From a bacterium (GTDB lineage Bacteria > Desulfobacterota > DSWW01): a DNA stretch of 18,401 bases. Shown piece by piece: positions 14,943-18,401 of the stretch (the stretch's first letter is position 1; each line of letters begins with the position of its first letter). The DNA is taken from the NCBI GenBank assembly GCA_040756235.1, contig JBFLZG010000053.1:1-18401 (forward strand), in the 5' to 3' direction. Below the pieces are notes generated by a model, which saw only the letters and a list, made by a program, of their open reading frames with translations, did no database searches and had not been told where the DNA came from. A program made the position numbers and the translations under genes.

Positions 14943-14976
14943 GCTTGCCGCTGAATCGGCGACCTGAATGCATATC

Positions 14977-15005
14977 GCCCCCTCGCCTACGGAGGGGGCT
15001 TTTTT
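14977..15005 (+). terminator. Intrinsic terminator directly upstream of the MFS gene
   Basis: GCCCCCTC/GAGGGGGC perfect 8-bp stem followed by T6, 23 nt before ATG 15029. Confidence 0.85.
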
Positions 15006-15028
15006 CGTATGGACAGGGGGGGAGCTCG

Positions 15029-16213
15029 ATGGAGGCCCGGCTTCCGGAAGCCTGGAAGACTCTGTATTGCCCTGCCACCGTCGTGGCCGGGGTAGCGCTG
15101 GCGACGGCCACGGCCAACTTCTTCCTGCCGGTCTATCTGAAATCCGAGCTGCGCTTCACCGGCTCACAGATCGGCTGGTTGTACGCCCTTTATTCCATGA
15201 CGACCCTCCTGGCCGTGATCCCTGCGGGCCTGCGCAACGACCGCTCTTCGCCCAGGCGGCTCATCGCCTGGAGCCTGGTCCTGATCTCGGCGGCCGCCCT
15301 GGGCATGACCTTTGCCAGAGGGTCCCTCTTCTACGGGGCGACGTTCCTTCTTTACGGTCTCGGCCTCTCGACGTTCCGCATCTCGACCGACGCGCTCATG
15401 TTCAAGACAGGCAACGGCCGCAGCCCGGGCATGCGGTTCGGGTGGTTCAATGCCTTGAAGATGGGGGGAGTGGGGGCAGGGACCTTTGCCGCCGGTTACG
15501 TGCTCTGGAAGTGGGGCTTTGCAGGCGGCCTGCTGCTGGTCGCGGCCATCGCGTGCCTGACGCTTTCTGCAACGCCCATGCTGTCGCCGGTCAAAGTCGG
15601 GTTCCCCGGGCTCCGGGAATACGTGAGCGATCTGAAGGAGCCGGCCGTGGCTTCTTTTCTGGCGTGGCTTTTTCTCTTCAGCCTCCACTGGGGTGCCGAG
15701 CTCACCTGCTACGGGTTGTTCCTCCGGGAAAATCTGGGGCTCTCCCTGACCGGGATGGGCTGGTACATGGGGACCGAGTACATGGCGCTGGCCGCAACCT
15801 GCCTCTGGGCCGGGTTCCACTACGATCGCGGGCTGGACCTCAGGCTGCTGGCCGCTGCCGGCCTGCTCGCCTCCGGCGTGGGGCAGATCTCCATGTGCGA
15901 GGCTTCCCAGTGGCCCTCGCTCGCGTGGCGTTGCGTGCACGGGATCGGTGACGGACTCATCATGACGGTCCTCTACATCGGCGTGGCGAACCTGTTTCAG
16001 CAGAGCCGCGTCGGGGGCAACAGCTCGGCCGTGAACCTGGTCATGATGATGGGCTCCTTCGTCGGATCCCTGATCTTCGGTCCCATGGGCGAGCAGTTCG
16101 GCTATGACAAGCCGCTCCTGATCACCGGCGTGGTCGTGGCCATGCTGTCCCTCCCGACCATGGCGCCCCTGGCTTCCCGATCTTGGTCGCGCGCCGGGCA
16201 CCACCTCCGGTAG
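15029..16213 (+). CDS. MFS transporter, 394 aa
   Basis: About 12 hydrophobic helices; motif-A-like GLRNDRSSPRR and GFHYDRGLDLR; GPMGEQFGY near the C-terminus; start moved to ATG 15029 (SD GGGGAG). Confidence 0.88.
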   Translation: MEARLPEAWKTLYCPATVVAGVALATATANFFLPVYLKSELRFTGSQIGWLYALYSMTTLLAVIPAGLRNDRSSPRRLIAWSLVLISAAALGMTFARGSLFYGATFLLYGLGLSTFRISTDALMFKTGNGRSPGMRFGWFNALKMGGVGAGTFAAGYVLWKWGFAGGLLLVAAIACLTLSATPMLSPVKVGFPGLREYVSDLKEPAVASFLAWLFLFSLHWGAELTCYGLFLRENLGLSLTGMGWYMGTEYMALAATCLWAGFHYDRGLDLRLLAAAGLLASGVGQISMCEASQWPSLAWRCVHGIGDGLIMTVLYIGVANLFQQSRVGGNSSAVNLVMMMGSFVGSLIFGPMGEQFGYDKPLLITGVVVAMLSLPTMAPLASRSWSRAGHHLR

Positions 16214-16370
16214 CCGCCCGGCCGCGCGCTGCACCCGGGCCCTCCCCCGGAGCCGATTCCACGAATCCGGGTGCGGCAATGCTCCGTCTAATTGATTAGA
16301 GCTTAGGTAAACAATCCAGTCTGCCTATGTCACGCAGGAGCGCAGAACGAACGCTGCAGGGGAGGGTAGA

Positions 16371-16574
16371 ATGAGAACCAGGACAGATACTTACGACACG
16401 AAGGTGCATCTACCGTCAGGAAGGCGGGCGTGGGAACGGTTGCTCGAGGCAATCGCACACTATCAGGTGGATCTGGCTCTGGTCGGATCCACGATCCTCG
16501 TGCTCGGGGTGCTGTTCGCCGCTTTCGGCAGTGCCTTGGAAGGCTTCAAAGTGGTAGGGAGCGTCCCGTTCTAG
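16371..16574 (+). CDS. Small single-pass membrane hypothetical protein, 67 aa
   Basis: SD GGGAGG before the ATG; one TM segment LALVGSTILVLGVLFAAFG; fills an intergenic gap. Confidence 0.6.
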   Translation: MRTRTDTYDTKVHLPSGRRAWERLLEAIAHYQVDLALVGSTILVLGVLFAAFGSALEGFKVVGSVPF

Positions 16575-16597
16575 GTCCAACGGTAAAGGCGAACGGC

Positions 16598-16625
16598 AAA
16601 AAGGGGGCAGGGGACCGTCCTGCCC
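16598..16625 (-). terminator. Intrinsic terminator downstream of the acyl-CoA synthetase gene
   Basis: Minus strand GGGCAGG-ACGGTCC-CCTGCCC-CC-TTTTT. Confidence 0.55.
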
Positions 16626-16662
16626 TCTCCCCGCACTGCGGGCTAGCGCACCGGGCGGGAGG

Positions 16663-16688
16663 TTGCCGCGGACCTTCGGTCCTCGCAA
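16663..16688. repeat. 26-bp hairpin repeat identical to 4588-4613
   Basis: TTGCCGCGGACCTTCGGTCCTCGCAA, exact duplicate. Confidence 0.85.
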
Positions 16689-16699
16689 TCTCCTACGAT

Positions 16700-18088
16700 T
16701 CACCTAAGGGCACGGAGTCGGCGGGCGTAGCGCCACATGTTGGCGAACGCCTGGACGCCGAGCTCCGGGAACAGGAAAAACGGAATCCGGTTGGTTTCGA
16801 GGAAGGCCCGGCAAAGCTCGACCTCCTCGCGGGGGCCGAGGAGTGAGAAGAATATCGGCTTTCTCGGTTTCTTCTTGATGAGATCCACGAGGGGCCGGTA
16901 CGGCTCGCTGCCCCATATGGCGAAGGAAATGAAGAGAACACCGTGAACGCCTTCGTCCTCCAGGAGTGCCTTGAGGATCTCCGTGGACGTCTTCTCGAAC
17001 CCGTGGATCATCATGTCCGGGAAGAGGTCGACCGGGTTGCGGGCCTTGGCCGCCGTCGCGATCACGCTCGAGAGCTTTTCCCGAGTCTCGGGTGAGAACC
17101 TCGAAATGCCCAGGCCGAGCTCCACGGCCTTGTCGACGCTCATGATGGCCTGGGCCCCGCTGTAAGTCACCAGCGCGATGCGGTCCCCCTTGGGCAGGGG
17201 GGTCCAGAGCAACCCCTTGAGGGTCCCGATGAGCTCGTCGATCCCTGCCATGCGCAGCACGCCGGCCTGCCGGAGCGCGCCGTCCACGATGTGATCGTCG
17301 ACGGCCAGGCTCGCGGTATGGGACGCGGTGGCGCGGGCGCCCTCGGCGGTGCGGCCGCCCTTGAGCAGCAGGACCGGTTTCTTTCGGACCGTCCGGCGCG
17401 CCTCCTCCAGGAAGCGCCGCCCGTCGCGGATGCCCTCCAGGTACAGGCCGACGACCCGGGTCTGCTCGTCTTCCCGCAGATAGGCCAGAGCGTCGCACTC
17501 GTCCACGTCCACCTTGTTTCCCATCCCGAGCCCCTTGGAAATGCCGAGCCCTTCCAGAGAGCTCAGATAGCGCAGGAGGGCCCCGACGAATATTCCGGAC
17601 TGGGCCGCGAAACCGACGGACCCCGGCTCGAGGGTGCGCTTGTCCGAGAAGTAGGAGGTCGTCAGCTTGGTGGCGGTGTTCACCAGCCCCAGGGTGTTGG
17701 GGCCGAAGCCCCGCATGCCCGTCTCCGCCAGGATGCGGCGGACCTGCTCCTGGTAGCCGCTGCCGGCCGGCCCGGATTCGGCGAACCCTTCCGAAGTGAT
17801 GACCACGCCCTTGACGCCCCGCCGGCCGCACTCGGCCACGGCCCCGGGCACTGCGCCCGGGGGGATGAGCATGACGGCGAGGTCGACAGGGAAGGGGATC
17901 TCGTCCAGGCTCCGGTAGAGTCGGACCCCGTGCATCTCTCCGCCCTGAGGGTTGATCCCGGCCACCTGCCCCTGAAAGCCGACGTCCTGCAGGACCTTGA
18001 GGATCAGGGCCCCTGGTTTCAGGGGGTCGCGCGAAGCTCCGAACACCGCGACACTCCTGGACTCGAGCACCTCCCGGACCGAACGCAT
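16700..18088 (-). CDS. Acyl-CoA synthetase (NDP-forming) alpha-subunit-like CoA-binding protein, 462 aa
   Basis: SVAVFGASRDPLKPG, VDLAVMLIP, SEGFAESG, GPNTLG, AQSG, GNKVDV, LYLEG, LKGGRT, ASHTASLA (phospho-His) and NPVDL motifs; SD AGAGGAG before ATG 18088; no ATP-grasp domain. Confidence 0.92.
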   Translation of the reverse strand: MRSVREVLESRSVAVFGASRDPLKPGALILKVLQDVGFQGQVAGINPQGGEMHGVRLYRSLDEIPFPVDLAVMLIPPGAVPGAVAECGRRGVKGVVITSEGFAESGPAGSGYQEQVRRILAETGMRGFGPNTLGLVNTATKLTTSYFSDKRTLEPGSVGFAAQSGIFVGALLRYLSSLEGLGISKGLGMGNKVDVDECDALAYLREDEQTRVVGLYLEGIRDGRRFLEEARRTVRKKPVLLLKGGRTAEGARATASHTASLAVDDHIVDGALRQAGVLRMAGIDELIGTLKGLLWTPLPKGDRIALVTYSGAQAIMSVDKAVELGLGISRFSPETREKLSSVIATAAKARNPVDLFPDMMIHGFEKTSTEILKALLEDEGVHGVLFISFAIWGSEPYRPLVDLIKKKPRKPIFFSLLGPREEVELCRAFLETNRIPFFLFPELGVQAFANMWRYARRLRALR

Positions 18089-18136
18089 GCAGTCTCCTCT
18101 CTGTGGCGCCGAAACACCGTAGTAGCAAGGGGGGCG

Positions 18137-18272
18137 CGTCATCCCGGCCAGCGCCTCTGGGGCCTTTGTAGGGGCGCTGCTTGCTGCGCCCGCCTCCCGG
18201 GAATCCCGGGGCGCAGAAGGCGCTCCGCAGATGGGCCGGGACGACGAACTGCGCGGCAGCAAGCAGCGCCCC
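18137..18272. repeat. Interleaved CGTC-type and GTAG-type REP doublets
   Basis: CGTCATCCCGGCC (18137-18149) pairs with GGCCGGGACGACG (18234-18246); GTAGGGGCGCTGCTTGCTGCGCCC (18168-18191) has a 17-bp perfect inverted partner at 18256-18272. Confidence 0.82.
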
Positions 18273-18292
18273 GGCAGCGCCCGCCCCGCGCT

Positions 18293-18401
18293 GGACGCCC
18301 GGCGACGCTGATCGGGCATTCAATGGGTGGACTGCACTCCTGGTGCCTGGCCGCCGAACGCCCGGATCTGGTGACCGCGGTGGTGGTGGAGGACATGGCA
18401 C
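18293..18401 (+). pseudogene. Internal fragment of an alpha/beta-hydrolase lacking its N-terminus (runs off the window)
   Basis: Frame from 18293 reads GRPATLIGHSMGGLHSWCLAAERPDLVTAVVVEDMA, with the GxSxG nucleophile elbow at 18314-18328; upstream in-frame sequence is REP DNA, with no ATG back to ~18110 and no HG oxyanion motif. Confidence 0.7.

Noticed and set aside
14925..14960. c-di-AMP (ydaO), glnA or SRP RNA match from the words GCGGAAGGAACC and GCCGCTGAATC
   Set aside because: The words occur in the wrong order for ydaO and the other conserved elements of each family are missing; the loops also do not fit ANTAR or guanidine-II consensus
16210..16240. MFS stop GTAG as another REP-supplied stop
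   Set aside because: It is not followed by the GGGC-type palindrome of the family

Overview
GC-rich bacterial chromosomal DNA; the gene content suggests a deltaproteobacterial-type organism (inference only). I call 16 likely protein genes. In order: a SprT/DUF2786 metalloprotease (missed by the ORF track), a secreted hypothetical protein, a sigma54-linked small ORF, a PPC/DUF296 protein, a YprB-like RNase H-fold exonuclease, dCTP deaminase, a cold-shock protein, a small 4-Cys SAP-like protein, a ~1000-aa PHP (CehA/McbA-type) lipoprotein, a secreted HEAT-repeat protein, a small membrane protein, a B12-binding radical SAM enzyme, a DUF5005/DUF4185-like propeller lipoprotein, an MFS transporter, a 67-aa membrane protein and an NDP-forming acyl-CoA synthetase alpha subunit. 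An alpha/beta-hydrolase fragment with no N-terminus sits at the right edge. Many intergenic gaps are filled with about five families of REP/MITE-like palindromes, often nested or interleaved, and no cognate transposase is present in the window. I see no multi-gene novel system, CRISPR array, tRNA or rRNA. The best leads are non-coding or small: (i) promoter-terminator leaders in front of the MFS and csp genes, (ii) a consensus sigma54 promoter ahead of an unannotated 68-aa protein, (iii) REP tags supplying, or possibly having lost, stop codons, and (iv) a possible chimeric or horizontally acquired junction at ~18290. All family assignments come from motif recognition by eye, not from database searches.
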